NCBI GenBank assembly: GCA_963714745.1
Contig: CAVQPK010000002.1
Location: forward strand, 2,239,531-2,303,530
Length of the DNA: 64,000 bases
Source of the DNA: an uncultured Acidobacteriota bacterium
GTDB taxonomy: Bacteria; Acidobacteriota; Thermoanaerobaculia; Thermoanaerobaculales; Sulfomarinibacteraceae
Direction: 5' to 3'
The notes below the pieces were generated by a model. It ran no database searches. It was not told where the DNA came from and worked only from the letters and a program-made list of their open reading frames with translations. Positions within the stretch are counted from its first letter, which is position 1, and each line of letters starts with the position of its first letter. Position numbers and translations under genes: made by a program. Shown here in pieces: positions 22,881 to 32,786 of the stretch.

Positions 22881-24271
22881 AGCTGGCCGTCGGCGCCCCA
22901 GGCGTCGAGCCGGGCGAGGTAGGCCGGGTCTCGGTACCTTTCGAGCCCGAAGGCAGGCGCGGAGCCGGGCAGACGGCCGCCGGTGAGGTGGAGAGCAACC
23001 AGCTCGGCGGTGGCCTGCGAGACCATCAGGCCGAAGCCGGAAAGTGCGCCGTGCACAAACGCCCCTTCGACCGGCAGCGGGCAGGCGAGCGGCCGGTTCT
23101 CGCGGGTCTTGGTGTAGTACCCGCCGTCGACGAAGGGGCGCGGCGGCCGGTCGAAGTAGGCCGCGAGGCCCGGGACCATGGCCGCCATGCCACGCAGGCA
23201 GATCTCGCCGTAGCTCGGCGGCGTCTCGATGGGAAAGGTCTCGGACACCGGATCGGCGTGGTAGGGCCACAGGATCAGCATCCCGCGGCTGTCTCCCGAC
23301 CCCTCGGGCCGCAGGTGGACCCCGGCCGGCATCTCCCGGGTCAGGAACCGCGTGTCTTCGTCGGCGTCGAGCAGCTCTCGCTCCTCCTCGCTCCACGGCA
23401 GCCGCTGGGCGTCCTCCCAGATCAGCAGCGGCGCGTCGCGCGGGACCGTGCCGAGCGCGTCCTCCATCCACGCCTTGCAGTGCAGCTCCGAGAACACCGG
23501 CAGCGCCACCTCGAGCAGGCGGGCGGCGGCAGCCAGGCGCGGGCCGGCTGCGAGCACCAGCCGACCGGTGGGCACCGTGCGCTCGAGACCCCCGCGCTCC
23601 GCGACCCGAACGCCGGCGACCCTTCCGCCGGTTGTCTCGACCGCGACCATCCGTCCCTCGACCAGCCGGACTCCCGCCTCCCGAGCGCGCTCCAGCTGCA
23701 CCATGCCGAGCTGCTGGCCGTCGAGCCAGCCGCAGCGGCGGGTGTGCAGCACCGCCTCAATCCGTCGGGTGAGGAACGGGAACACGGTCCGGATCAGGGC
23801 GGGGTCGAGCAGCAGGTCGGCGCCGTCGGGCGCCTCCTGCCAGCCCTGCTCGCGGTGGGGCAGATAGTCGGGGTCGCTCGCCCGGCCGGTGTGGATTCTG
23901 AGGTCGCCGGCGCCCTGCAAGGTCGCGAGCTCGCCCTGGCGGCGATAGGCGTCGGCCCGCACCGGGTCGGCGGTCGCCCACAGGTAGCCTCGGCGGTTCA
24001 TCCGGAACCGGTTGTCGCACGAGTCCGCCAGCTCCTCGAGCAGGTCGATCGAGCGGTTCATCAGCCGCACCATGGCGTCGTCGGGCCCCGGCCACCAGTT
24101 CCGGTAGGCCTCGGTCGACTTGTCGGAGGTCAGGCTGAGCGGCGGCCCCTCGTCGATCAGAAGCACGTCGCGAACCCCGAAGCGGACCGCCAGGTGGTGG
24201 GCGACAGAAACACCGGCGATGCCGGCGCCGCAGATCACGATCTCGGCACTGGAGGATGGCATCCTCAGCAT
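22877..24271 (-). CDS. FAD-dependent oxidoreductase (DAO family)
   Basis: ATG 24271, in frame with stop 22877. 'EIVICGAGIAGVSVAHHLA' is a dinucleotide-binding motif. The N-terminal 245 aa of the listed 709-aa ORF do not look like protein. Confidence 0.85.
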   Translation of the reverse strand: MLRMPSSSAEIVICGAGIAGVSVAHHLAVRFGVRDVLLIDEGPPLSLTSDKSTEAYRNWWPGPDDAMVRLMNRSIDLLEELADSCDNRFRMNRRGYLWATADPVRADAYRRQGELATLQGAGDLRIHTGRASDPDYLPHREQGWQEAPDGADLLLDPALIRTVFPFLTRRIEAVLHTRRCGWLDGQQLGMVQLERAREAGVRLVEGRMVAVETTGGRVAGVRVAERGGLERTVPTGRLVLAAGPRLAAAARLLEVALPVFSELHCKAWMEDALGTVPRDAPLLIWEDAQRLPWSEEERELLDADEDTRFLTREMPAGVHLRPEGSGDSRGMLILWPYHADPVSETFPIETPPSYGEICLRGMAAMVPGLAAYFDRPPRPFVDGGYYTKTRENRPLACPLPVEGAFVHGALSGFGLMVSQATAELVALHLTGGRLPGSAPAFGLERYRDPAYLARLDAWGADGQL

Positions 24272-25254
24272 GATCGCACGGCGCTCAGCTCCGCGGCTGC
24301 ACCACCTCCCGCATGCGCGGGTCCTCGCGGACCGGCTCGAGCAGCCTCGAGTCGGGACGCATGCACCAGGGGCCCGGCCTCCCCGGAACGCCTGGTCGAG
24401 CGCGGCCTCGCGGTGACCACACGCCCGGAGGGTCCGCGCCCCGAGCAGCGTCAGCCCCCCGATCCGGCCCGTCCGGGTCTCGACCAGCGGTCCGTCGAGG
24501 GGGCGCCGGATTGCGGCGGCCTCCCGCAGCCCGGCTCGTGCGACCACCTCCGCGGCAGCGAAACGGCCGTGCTTCTGCTCGGCTGCACTCGACCTTGTCG
24601 CGCACGAATCGGGCATGGTGTGGTCTTCTCGACGGCCGGTTGGGACTGCTCGGGTGAAGAACTCATGTGCCATGAGGGCTGTGCGGGCGTCATCGGCTGC
24701 CAGACTGTATGGACCGACAACCCTCAGGTGACGGTTCCGAAGAGGCCGGGCAGGACTTCGGAGAGGACAACGGCGATGCCCGGCGATGCGTGGACGCGGA
24801 TGACGATGGAGGTGGCCTGTCGTTCCACGCACACGATACTCCGGGGGGGAGCGGTGATACGTGCTACTACAATGCGGCGAACCGGTTGCCGGTCGCCTTT
24901 CGTCTGCTGGCGGACGGTGGGTACAATCCCGTCTGCGTCCGTGAGAAGGAACCCGGCGTGCCGTTTTCTGGCTGTGATACGAGTGTCGTGGAACTGGGTC
25001 GCGCAACCGCGAGCGAGGTCTTCTTCAGAATCCTGACGGGCTACGCGACTTCGTCAAGTGATTGGGGTGACTTTGCGAACCTCGCCAAGCTCGCCGCTTT
25101 TTGATCTCCACTCCGAGTGCAGTGCGCCCTGCTGCCACGCGACGTCCGAGCAACAGTCGGCCATACAGTCGTTTACCGCCATCGGATACCCTCCAGGCTC
25201 GACGAGCACACTGCAGTGCAAGCCGCTGCAGTGTCTCTGATGAGGTAGGACTAC

Positions 25255-27885
25255 ATGCAGCGAAGCGTCCTCCGCGTGTCAAGATTTGTAGTGGCGGCCG
25301 TCCTCGGGGCGGCCGTCGCCCTTGCCGAGCCCCCTGATCGCGACTCGCTTGAGTACGACCTTTTCGCGACTCGGCGCACATGGTGGATTCCCAGCAACGG
25401 GCAGAGCTTCCAGGGGCTCTGGCGGTACGAGCCAGAAACGGGGGAGTGGGAACGGCTCCGACCGCTCTTCTTCAATCAGCAGACGGACCGTTTTACCCCG
25501 TACAGCCGTAATGGGTACGGGGCTTTCCTCGCAGGGACGGGAGACCGGCTCGTCTTTCAGGTCTGGCCCGCAACCCAGGAGTGGGAGCTCGGCACCTGGC
25601 GGCTGCTTCGTCGGTACGCCCCAATGCCTCGAGAAGCGAGCGGTTGGGTGCTCCACGGCCCAATCGTGTCTGCGGAGATTGCGGCCTCAGCTGGGATCGA
25701 AGCTGGAGCGTACGGTTTTCCGCTGTGCCTGCGCTACCACCTCACCAGCGGCCTCGAACCGGTCGGGCCCGTGAGTTGCGATCCCATCCGCATTCCGGGA
25801 TCAGCTGCTGATGCTGAAGAGACATCGACCTCGCTCCTCGTTATCCAGGGGAGCGGGCCAGCACGAGCACTCACGGATTCGTTCGACCTTGGCCAGGTCA
25901 CCTGGGAGACTGGGAACTCCGGGGTCGAATCACCGCCGGTATTGAGTCTCGACCCAGACAGGAGCGTCCTGTACCGGGGAACACCAAGCACGCTGCAGGA
26001 GTGGACGCTGAGCTGGCCACCAGTCCTGACCAGCGAGATCGACGTTCCCGTGTCGCTCGTCGCACATCCCTACACAGATGTCGACCTGCTGTTCTTTCAC
26101 CCACGCCGAGACCGTTTCTTCTGCGTTACCCGTTCCCCGGCCCTCTTCGGAATTCAGCCTGAAGAGTGGGAGGTGTTCTCCTTTCGACACGACGGTGCTG
26201 ACGTGACTTCGCACGTCCATGTCACAGACGAGGATCCGCTGGGAGTACCCGTCACCCTCGCAGCGGTTGGCGCGGCACCGACGGTGAACACACAGCTCAT
26301 CCCAGTTGTGAGTCGCACGACGGGGATCAACAACACGTTCTGGACGGCAGAGCTCTGGCTGTACAACCCATCCGCGGCCGAAATGGCAGTGACAATCCGG
26401 CGGATCGTCAGCCCTCAGTCGTCGACTGCCGTGACGGTACCGGCGTACGGTTCGCTCCGCATACCTGACGCACTCGCCTGGCTCGGCGGCGGCGAAGCCG
26501 GCGACGGGGTCAAGGCCGATGCGCTCGTGCTCACCTCGCCCTACCGGTGGGGGGCCAACCTCGTCGCCGCGGCCCGAGTCTCGACACCTGCGGAGGGAGG
26601 AGGCAGCTACGGCCAAGCAGTTCCCGCGGTCCCGAGCACGGTCGGGTACTCCAACCACCTTCCGTACTACCCCGAGGAGAGCGACGCCAACTACAACATC
26701 CACTGGGAGGAGCGGCGTCCAGCAACCCTCACGCTCGACCTGCGCGAGCCCGGCCGCTTCCGTCATAACCTCGGAATCGTGAACGACGAGGACGAGCCCG
26801 TTGAGATCACGCTCGAGTGGGCGTACAACCTGATGGCCGAGCAGGATTCCACCGACCTTCGGCCAGCGGCCGTGGTGCAGCGCGTCGCCGCCCCCGCGCA
26901 CAGCGTTCACATCGTCTCGCTCGAGGGCCTCTTCCCACCCGAGGTGCGCGACGCGTGGCCGCCTCGGGTTGCGGTCTACGCCGACCGGCAGGTGGCGCTG
27001 TGGCTGTCGATGGTCGACAACCTGACCGGTGACGCGACCTTCATTCCCTACACCAACCTGACCCTGCATACCGACCTCGACGAGGACTGGTATGCCGTCC
27101 CGGTCGTTGCTCACAGCCCGGGCAGGGAAGGTACGTTCTGGACCACTGCTCTCTACGGTACGGAAGGACGATTCCTGCATCGTTTCGAGTATGACAAGCC
27201 CGACGCTGCCTTCCTGCCGGCAGATCCGGTAGCCGCGTGTGGCGGTGCCGCAGCTGCCGACCGGATCGCCGCCGTCTTGCCAGGAGAGGTGGGCATGCCG
27301 ATGGACCGATGGCTGGAAACGCTGCAAGGCCTCGGCTACGAGCCCACTGAGGACTGGGCGAAGCGAGAATGGCGCACGGTCTTCCCCGACGTGGTCAGGC
27401 TCTTCCCCGCCTGCGCCGAGGAGGACTCCACGAGGGGTGCCCTCGAGGTGCGCGCCGGCTCGTGGACGGCGGGCTTCACCCGCACCTTCACGACCCGCGC
27501 TGACGGCGGCACGTACGGCAGCATGCTGCCCTTCTACCCCCCACACGGCTGGCCGGTGCAGCACTTCGCAGGGATCGAGGTCCGCGCGGGGTGGCGCGTG
27601 AACGTGGGCCTCTACAACGGCCAGCGTGACCGGGCGGTCGTCCACCGCCTCAGCCTCTATGCCGCGGACGGCACGCTCGCGGCCCAGAACGAGCTGACCC
27701 TCGACCCGGGAGCGAGCCTTCTCGAGCCCCTCGCGACCGCACTCGGGGTCCCCTCGCTTCCCGACGGGACGTACGGCTTGACGGTACTTCCCCTCGACGA
27801 CCCCGAGACCGGCGACCAGGGCACCTCCTGGGCCTACGTCTCGCTCGTCGACAACGTCACCGGCGACCCGACGAACTGGTGGTGA
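25255..27885 (+). CDS. Large secreted hypothetical protein (876 aa) with an internally duplicated uncharacterised module
   Basis: Full listed ORF, SD GAGGTAGG upstream, signal peptide 'RFVVAAVLGAAVALAEP'. There are two modules. Each opens with '(I/V)PVV(S/A)..G...TFWT(A/T).L' and closes with 'S(M/L)VDN(L/V)TGD(A/P)T'. GC content and codon usage are visibly lower than in the flanks. Confidence 0.8.
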   Translation: MQRSVLRVSRFVVAAVLGAAVALAEPPDRDSLEYDLFATRRTWWIPSNGQSFQGLWRYEPETGEWERLRPLFFNQQTDRFTPYSRNGYGAFLAGTGDRLVFQVWPATQEWELGTWRLLRRYAPMPREASGWVLHGPIVSAEIAASAGIEAGAYGFPLCLRYHLTSGLEPVGPVSCDPIRIPGSAADAEETSTSLLVIQGSGPARALTDSFDLGQVTWETGNSGVESPPVLSLDPDRSVLYRGTPSTLQEWTLSWPPVLTSEIDVPVSLVAHPYTDVDLLFFHPRRDRFFCVTRSPALFGIQPEEWEVFSFRHDGADVTSHVHVTDEDPLGVPVTLAAVGAAPTVNTQLIPVVSRTTGINNTFWTAELWLYNPSAAEMAVTIRRIVSPQSSTAVTVPAYGSLRIPDALAWLGGGEAGDGVKADALVLTSPYRWGANLVAAARVSTPAEGGGSYGQAVPAVPSTVGYSNHLPYYPEESDANYNIHWEERRPATLTLDLREPGRFRHNLGIVNDEDEPVEITLEWAYNLMAEQDSTDLRPAAVVQRVAAPAHSVHIVSLEGLFPPEVRDAWPPRVAVYADRQVALWLSMVDNLTGDATFIPYTNLTLHTDLDEDWYAVPVVAHSPGREGTFWTTALYGTEGRFLHRFEYDKPDAAFLPADPVAACGGAAAADRIAAVLPGEVGMPMDRWLETLQGLGYEPTEDWAKREWRTVFPDVVRLFPACAEEDSTRGALEVRAGSWTAGFTRTFTTRADGGTYGSMLPFYPPHGWPVQHFAGIEVRAGWRVNVGLYNGQRDRAVVHRLSLYAADGTLAAQNELTLDPGASLLEPLATALGVPSLPDGTYGLTVLPLDDPETGDQGTSWAYVSLVDNVTGDPTNWW

Positions 27886-27992
27886 GGGCGGGCCCGGGTT
27901 GGCGACGCGGCCCGACCCCGGACCCCGCTGCCCGAGCCCGGAAGCTCACTCGCCACGAAGCTGTGAGCCCACGTGGCTGATCCAGCGTGTGA

Positions 27993-28382
27993 TCAGGCTC
28001 GGCTTTCGGAACGCAGCATGCCGTAGACCAGCCCACCGAGGCGGTCGGCCGCGTCCCTTACCATGCTCGGTATCGCGACGCCGCGGGCTGCGAGCAGCGC
28101 GAGCGCCGTCTGGACTTCCTGCACCTCCGCGTAAGCCGCCTCGAGATGCTGGCGGCGGTTGCCCAACGTGCGCCCGCTCGCCTCGGAGAGCCTGAGCGCT
28201 GCGTTGTCAGCAGCTCTGACGAGATGGTCGCGGACGTGGGACAGCCCGCGCGGGGTGGCCAGCGCGGCGATGCTGCCGGCGAGTCCGACAGCAACCTCGA
28301 GCGCGACGAGCTTCCCCCGGCCCCGAGGGAGGGTGTGGTGGGCGGCTCGGGAAGGTCTGGACGAGGGAGTGTGCTGGCTCAT
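27993..28382 (-). CDS. Four-helix-bundle protein (TIGR02436 / 23S rRNA-intervening-sequence-protein-like)
   Basis: ATG 28382 within ORF 27993..29369, with GGGGAGAGG upstream. 'LVRAADNAALRLSEASGRTLGNRRQHLEAAYAEVQEVQTALALLAARG' fits the family pattern as I recall it. A truncated paralog lies at 49347-49493. Confidence 0.65.
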   Translation of the reverse strand: MSQHTPSSRPSRAAHHTLPRGRGKLVALEVAVGLAGSIAALATPRGLSHVRDHLVRAADNAALRLSEASGRTLGNRRQHLEAAYAEVQEVQTALALLAARGVAIPSMVRDAADRLGGLVYGMLRSESRA

Positions 28383-28400
28383 GCCTCTCCCCGAAGGCGG

Positions 28401-28472
28401 CCGGCGGCTGGCTGTCAAGGGTGGCCTTCGGCCATGAGCCCTGCGAGCCTGCCCTTGACAGCCAGCCGCCGG
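28401..28472. repeat. Perfect 21-bp inverted repeat with 30-nt spacer just upstream of the four-helix-bundle start
   Basis: CCGGCGGCTGGCTGTCAAGGG (28401-28421) pairs with CCCTTGACAGCCAGCCGCCGG (28452-28472). Imperfect homology extends to about 28345 and 28525, including a mirrored copy of the gene 5' end ('TGAGCCAGCACAC'). Confidence 0.85.
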
Positions 28473-28740
28473 TCGCCTACTCCGACCAGCTGAGCCAGCA
28501 CACGTCCCGGCCAGACCGTCGAGTCGCGCGCGACGATCTCGGTCCCGGGACGCGATCCCGACCCCGCTGCCCGACCTCGCTACCCGCTGCCCGTCCCCCG
28601 ATCCCGGACCCCGCGCCCCGCCTCCCGCCGCCCGACCCCGGACTCTCACGCGCCTCGATCCTCTGAGACTCCGTTCGCTCACCAGGGCCACGGCTCGCAG
28701 ACACGCGGCCCGTGCCGCGCTCTCCCCGCCCGGTCCCGTC

Positions 28741-31506
28741 CTACCCCGTGTTCTGCAGCCCCCGGGCGATGCCGCGCACGGTGGTGAAGAGGGCGCGCTC
28801 GAGGTCGCGGTCGCGCGCGGCCGCTCGCTCGCCAGCGGCGCAGCAGGTCGACCTGGAGCAGGCTGATCGGGTCGACGTAGGGGTTGCGCAGGCGGATCAC
28901 GCGGGCGAGCAGCGGTCTCGCGCTCGAGCAGCGTCCCGACGCCCTTGCAGCCCCAGCACCAGGTCGCAGTGCGGGCGTACTCGCTGTTCGACCGGAGGCC
29001 AGATCCGTCTCGCCGGTCTCCCCGGCGAGGTCGGCGTAGCGGCGGGCGATGTCGAGGTCGGCCTTGGCCAGCACCATCTCGACGTCGCCGAGCAGGTTGG
29101 CGAAGAACGGCCACTCGCGCGCCATCGCGGCGAGCAGCTCCTCGCCGTGCTCGTCGAACCGCCGCTCGAGCCCGGCGCCGACGCCGAACCAGCCCGGCAG
29201 CAGGTGGCGGCTCTGCGTCCAGGCGAAGACCCAGGGGATCGCGCGCAGGTTGGCGACGCCGCTCGCCGGAGCGCCGGGACGCCGGCCGCGAGCCGATCGG
29301 CATCCGCTCGATCACGTCGATCGGGGTCGCCGGCCGGAAGTAGGCGAGGAAGTCGGGGTCGTCGTGCACCAGCTCGCGGTACGCGTGCCGAGCGGCGCCG
29401 GCCGACCGTCGTCATCGCTGCCGCCAGGCCGGTCGGCGGCGGCGGCGAGCTCGCGGCCGGGCGGTCGCCTCCAGCACCGCGCCGGCCATCAGCTCCAGGG
29501 TGCGCTCGGCGATCCCGCGCAGGCCGTACTTGGCGTGGACGATCTCGCCCTGCTCGGTGACCCGCAGGCGCCCGGCGACTGCACCCGGAGGGCGCGGCCA
29601 GGATCGCCTCGCGGGGCTTCGAGCCGCCGCGGCCGACCGTCCCGCCGCGACCGTGGAAGAGGGTCAGGCCGATCGCCCGCGTCGGCGGCCACCGTCGACC
29701 AGGTCGCCTGGGCGCGGTAGAGCGCCCAGCGCGAGGCGGCGATGCCGGAGATCTTGGTCGAGTCGGAGTAGCCGAGCATCACGATCTGGCCGTCGCCGCG
29801 GCGTGCGAGGTGATCGCGGTAGGTCGGGCTCGGCGAGCATCGCCGCCAGCGTCGCTCGCGCCGCCTCGAGGTCGTCGACGGTCTCGAACAGCGGCGCGAC
29901 GTCGAGCGGCACGCGCCGCTCGGCGTCGACCAGTCCCGCGACCCGCGCCAGCAGCAGCACGGCGAGCACGTCGTCGGGCCCCTGCGCCATCGAGATGATG
30001 TACGGCCCGATCGCCTCGGGCCCGAAGCGGCGCGCGGGCCTCGCCCACGGCCCGGAACACGTCCAGGACGCCGGCGCGTCGGCGGCGACAGCCCGCGCGA
30101 GCGGTGCGGCAGGCTGCTCGAGAGCGGCGCGCAGCCGCGCGCGCACGCGCCGCGGCCGGCGCGTCGGCGAAGCCGGGCTCGGCGAGCAGCTCGGCCAGCG
30201 CCCGGCGGTGGACGACGGCGTCCTGGCGCACGTCGAGGGTCGCGAGGTGGAAGCCGAAGGTGGCGACCCGGCGCGGCAGCCGCCGCACGCAGTGCGAGCC
30301 CGGCGTGCTCGCCCCGGTGGCGGTCGCAGGCTGGCGGCGATCACGCTCGAGGTCGTCGCGGAGCTCGTCGGGGCCCGGTAGCGCTCGCGGCGCGTCGCCG
30401 AGGGTCGCGCCGAGCCGCGCCCAGATCAGCCACAGCAGCACCCGGTAGGGCATGTCGCGGTAGCGTCGGCGGAATCGTCGGCCGCAGTCGTCGGGCATCA
30501 GCTGCGCGGTAGCGCGCGAGCGCGCTCGAGCGACCTCGGTCGACACGCCGACCCGCGACGCGCGACTGGCTGAGGTGCTCGAAGAGCTCGCGGACCTCGC
30601 GCGGTAGCGCTCGAGGACCAGCTCGCGCTGGCGCTCGAGGGTGGCGAGGATGGTGTCGGCGCCGACGTTCGGGTTGCCGTCCATGTCGCCGCCGACCCAG
30701 GAGCCGAAGCGCACCAGGGCTGCCGGCGAGGTCCGACGCCGGCGCCCGGGCCGTAGACCGCCTCGAGGGCGCGCTCGAGCGCCTCGTAGAACGGCGGCAC
30801 GACCCGGTAGATCACGTCGGTGAGGAAGAACAGCACGTGCTCGACCTCGTCGGCCACCGTCGGCCGCTCGGGACGGCTGCTCGTCGGTCTGCCAGATCGA
30901 GGGGGATCTCCGTCGTGACCCGCTGCTCGATCGGGCCGCGGCCTCCTGCGGGGTCGGCTGCGGCGTGCTCGATGCGGTCGACCAGCAGGCGCGCGATGCG
31001 CTGCTCCTTGCGCAGGATGCGTGCGCCGGATCGCCTCGGTCGGGTGGGCGGTGAAGACCGGCGTGACCCTCAGACCGGACAGGACCTCCTGCGCTCGCTC
31101 CAGCGGCACCCCGGAACGAACCAGCGCCGCCGTCGCCGCCGACAGGCTGCCGGCCTGGGGCGACTCCGGAACCGCGAGGGCGGAGCGGCGCCGCCGGATC
31201 CGGTGCACCCTGCTCGGCCAGGTTGACGAGCGAGAAGTACGACGAGAAAGCCCGCGCCAGCTCGCCCGCGGCGTTGGGGTCGAGGTCCTCGAGGGCAGCC
31301 GCCAGGCGCCGTTCCCCGTCGGGCTCACCGGCGCGGCGAGCGATCGCCGATCGACGAGCGGCCTCGACGCGCTCGTAGAGCGCCTCGCCTCCCTGGGTGA
31401 CGATCACCCGGCCAAGCAATGCCCCCAGCCAGCCCACGTCGCGGCGCAGCGGATCGTGCTCGGAGGGAAGGTCGGCGGTGCGGGTCCCGGTGTCCGTGGT
31501 GCTCAT
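28741..31506 (-). pseudogene. ppc: Phosphoenolpyruvate carboxylase, interrupted by many +/-1 frameshifts
   Basis: PEPC motifs are spread over all three minus frames. N-terminus, 'FGSWVGGDMDGNPNV' and '[12 protein letters not shown]' are in ORF 29779..31536. 'TPVFTAHPTEA' and 'PTVADEVEHVLFF' are in 30498..31328. '[13 protein letters not shown]...[12 protein letters not shown]' is in 29664..30344. 'MLGYSDSTK' is in 29489..29782. 'WPFFANLLGDVEMVLAKAD' and 'LRNPYVDPISLLQ' are in 28679..29125. The manual C-terminus is 'FTTVRGIARGLQNTG*', with stop at 28741-28743. Confidence 0.85.
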
Positions 31507-31556
31507 GGCGACCATCGTAGCGGGGACAACCCGCAAGCCACCCGCCGCCGCTTTGT

Positions 31557-31584
31557 GCCGCGAAGGCGCGAAGAGCGCGAAGTC
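31557..31584. repeat. Short octamer array (GCGCGAAG-like x3)
   Basis: 'GCCGCGAAGGCGCGAAGAGCGCGAAGTC' lies in the ppc/epmB intergenic region. It is a variant of the purine-rich octamer arrays seen elsewhere in the window. Confidence 0.5.
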
Positions 31585-31710
31585 AGTCTCCGCAGAGCTG
31601 GACCTGCTCGAGCAGTTCCCTCGCGATCTCGGCGCCTGGGCGGTTCACAGCTCGGGCGGGTGGGGGATCTCTGAGCCCGTCCGCGCTCCGGTGTCGCTGA
31701 GGTCGTGGTC

Positions 31711-32733
31711 TCACTCCGGGGTGACCGGGACCTTCGAGGGCGAGCCCGGCAGCTCGCGCACCAGGCGCGGGACCAGGTAGCCGGGCAGCTCGGCCAGCAG
31801 CTCCGAGTACAGACGGCGCGCCTCGGCCTCTTCGACCTCGAAGTGGGCCGCACCCGCGACCCGGTCGAGCAGGTGGAGGTAATAGGGTATCGCCCCGGCC
31901 GCGAACAGCCTCCGGCTCAGCTCGGCCAGGGTGGCCACCGAGTCGTTGACCCCCGCGAGCAGAACCGACTGGTTGAGCACCGGGACCCCGTGTGCCCGGA
32001 GTCGCCCGATCGCGGCCCGGACACCGTCGTCGATCTCCCGTGGGTGGTTCGCGTGGACCACCATCACCGGTGCGAGCCGGGTTCCGGCGAGCCAGGCGAG
32101 CAGCGGCCCGTCGACCCGCTCGGGCAGCACGACCGGCATCCTGCTGTGGACCCTGAGGCGGACGAGGTGGGTCAGCTCCGAGAGGGCCCGGGCCAGCTCG
32201 GAGAGCCGGTCGTCGGTCAGGGTCAGGGGGTCGCCCCCGGAGAGGATGACCTCCTCGACGGTGGGATCCCCGGCGACCGCCGCGACCACCGTCGCCCAGT
32301 CGCGGCCAGCCACGGCATGGGCGGCGTAGGGGAAGTGCCGGCGGAAGCAGTAGCGGCAGTGGACTGCGCACGCGGCGGCGGCGACCACCAGCGCGCGGCC
32401 GCGGTACTTCACCAGCAGGCCCGACGCCCCCGCGGCCTCCAGCTCGCCGACCGGGTCGGCCCCCCAGCCGGGCACCCGGTCGAGCTCGGCGGCCTGCGGC
32501 AGGACCTGGAGCAGGAGCGGATCGCGGGGATCTCCGGGGCGCATCCGCGCCGCGAACCCCCGTGGTACCCTGACCGCGAACTGACGGGCGGCCGCCGCCG
32601 CTGCGTCATCGCGACCGAGGACCTCGACGCCGAGCCCCAGCTCGGAGAGCAGCTCACCGGCAGTGCCGATCCCTTCGGCGAGCAGGCGGCGCCACTCGCC
32701 GGGGGCGGGGGTTCGGGGCGACATGCCGTGCAT
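31711..32733 (-). CDS. epmB: EF-P beta-lysylation protein EpmB (lysine 2,3-aminomutase-like radical SAM)
   Basis: Full listed ORF. Radical-SAM '[11 protein letters not shown]', plus 'ILSGGDPL' and '[11 protein letters not shown]'. It is divergent from efp. Confidence 0.85.
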   Translation of the reverse strand: MHGMSPRTPAPGEWRRLLAEGIGTAGELLSELGLGVEVLGRDDAAAAAARQFAVRVPRGFAARMRPGDPRDPLLLQVLPQAAELDRVPGWGADPVGELEAAGASGLLVKYRGRALVVAAAACAVHCRYCFRRHFPYAAHAVAGRDWATVVAAVAGDPTVEEVILSGGDPLTLTDDRLSELARALSELTHLVRLRVHSRMPVVLPERVDGPLLAWLAGTRLAPVMVVHANHPREIDDGVRAAIGRLRAHGVPVLNQSVLLAGVNDSVATLAELSRRLFAAGAIPYYLHLLDRVAGAAHFEVEEAEARRLYSELLAELPGYLVPRLVRELPGSPSKVPVTPE

Positions 32734-32786
32734 TCAACCAGCTTCGCTATGATGAGCGCAAGCGCGACCGAAGGAGACGGTGCGAG

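Noticed and set aside
24709-25104. ORF 24709..25104(+) at 131 aa in the lower-GC gap upstream of the 876-aa gene.
   Set aside because: It has no SD and an acidic/Gly-rich first half. I could recognise no family. I left it unannotated but flagged the region for BLASTX.
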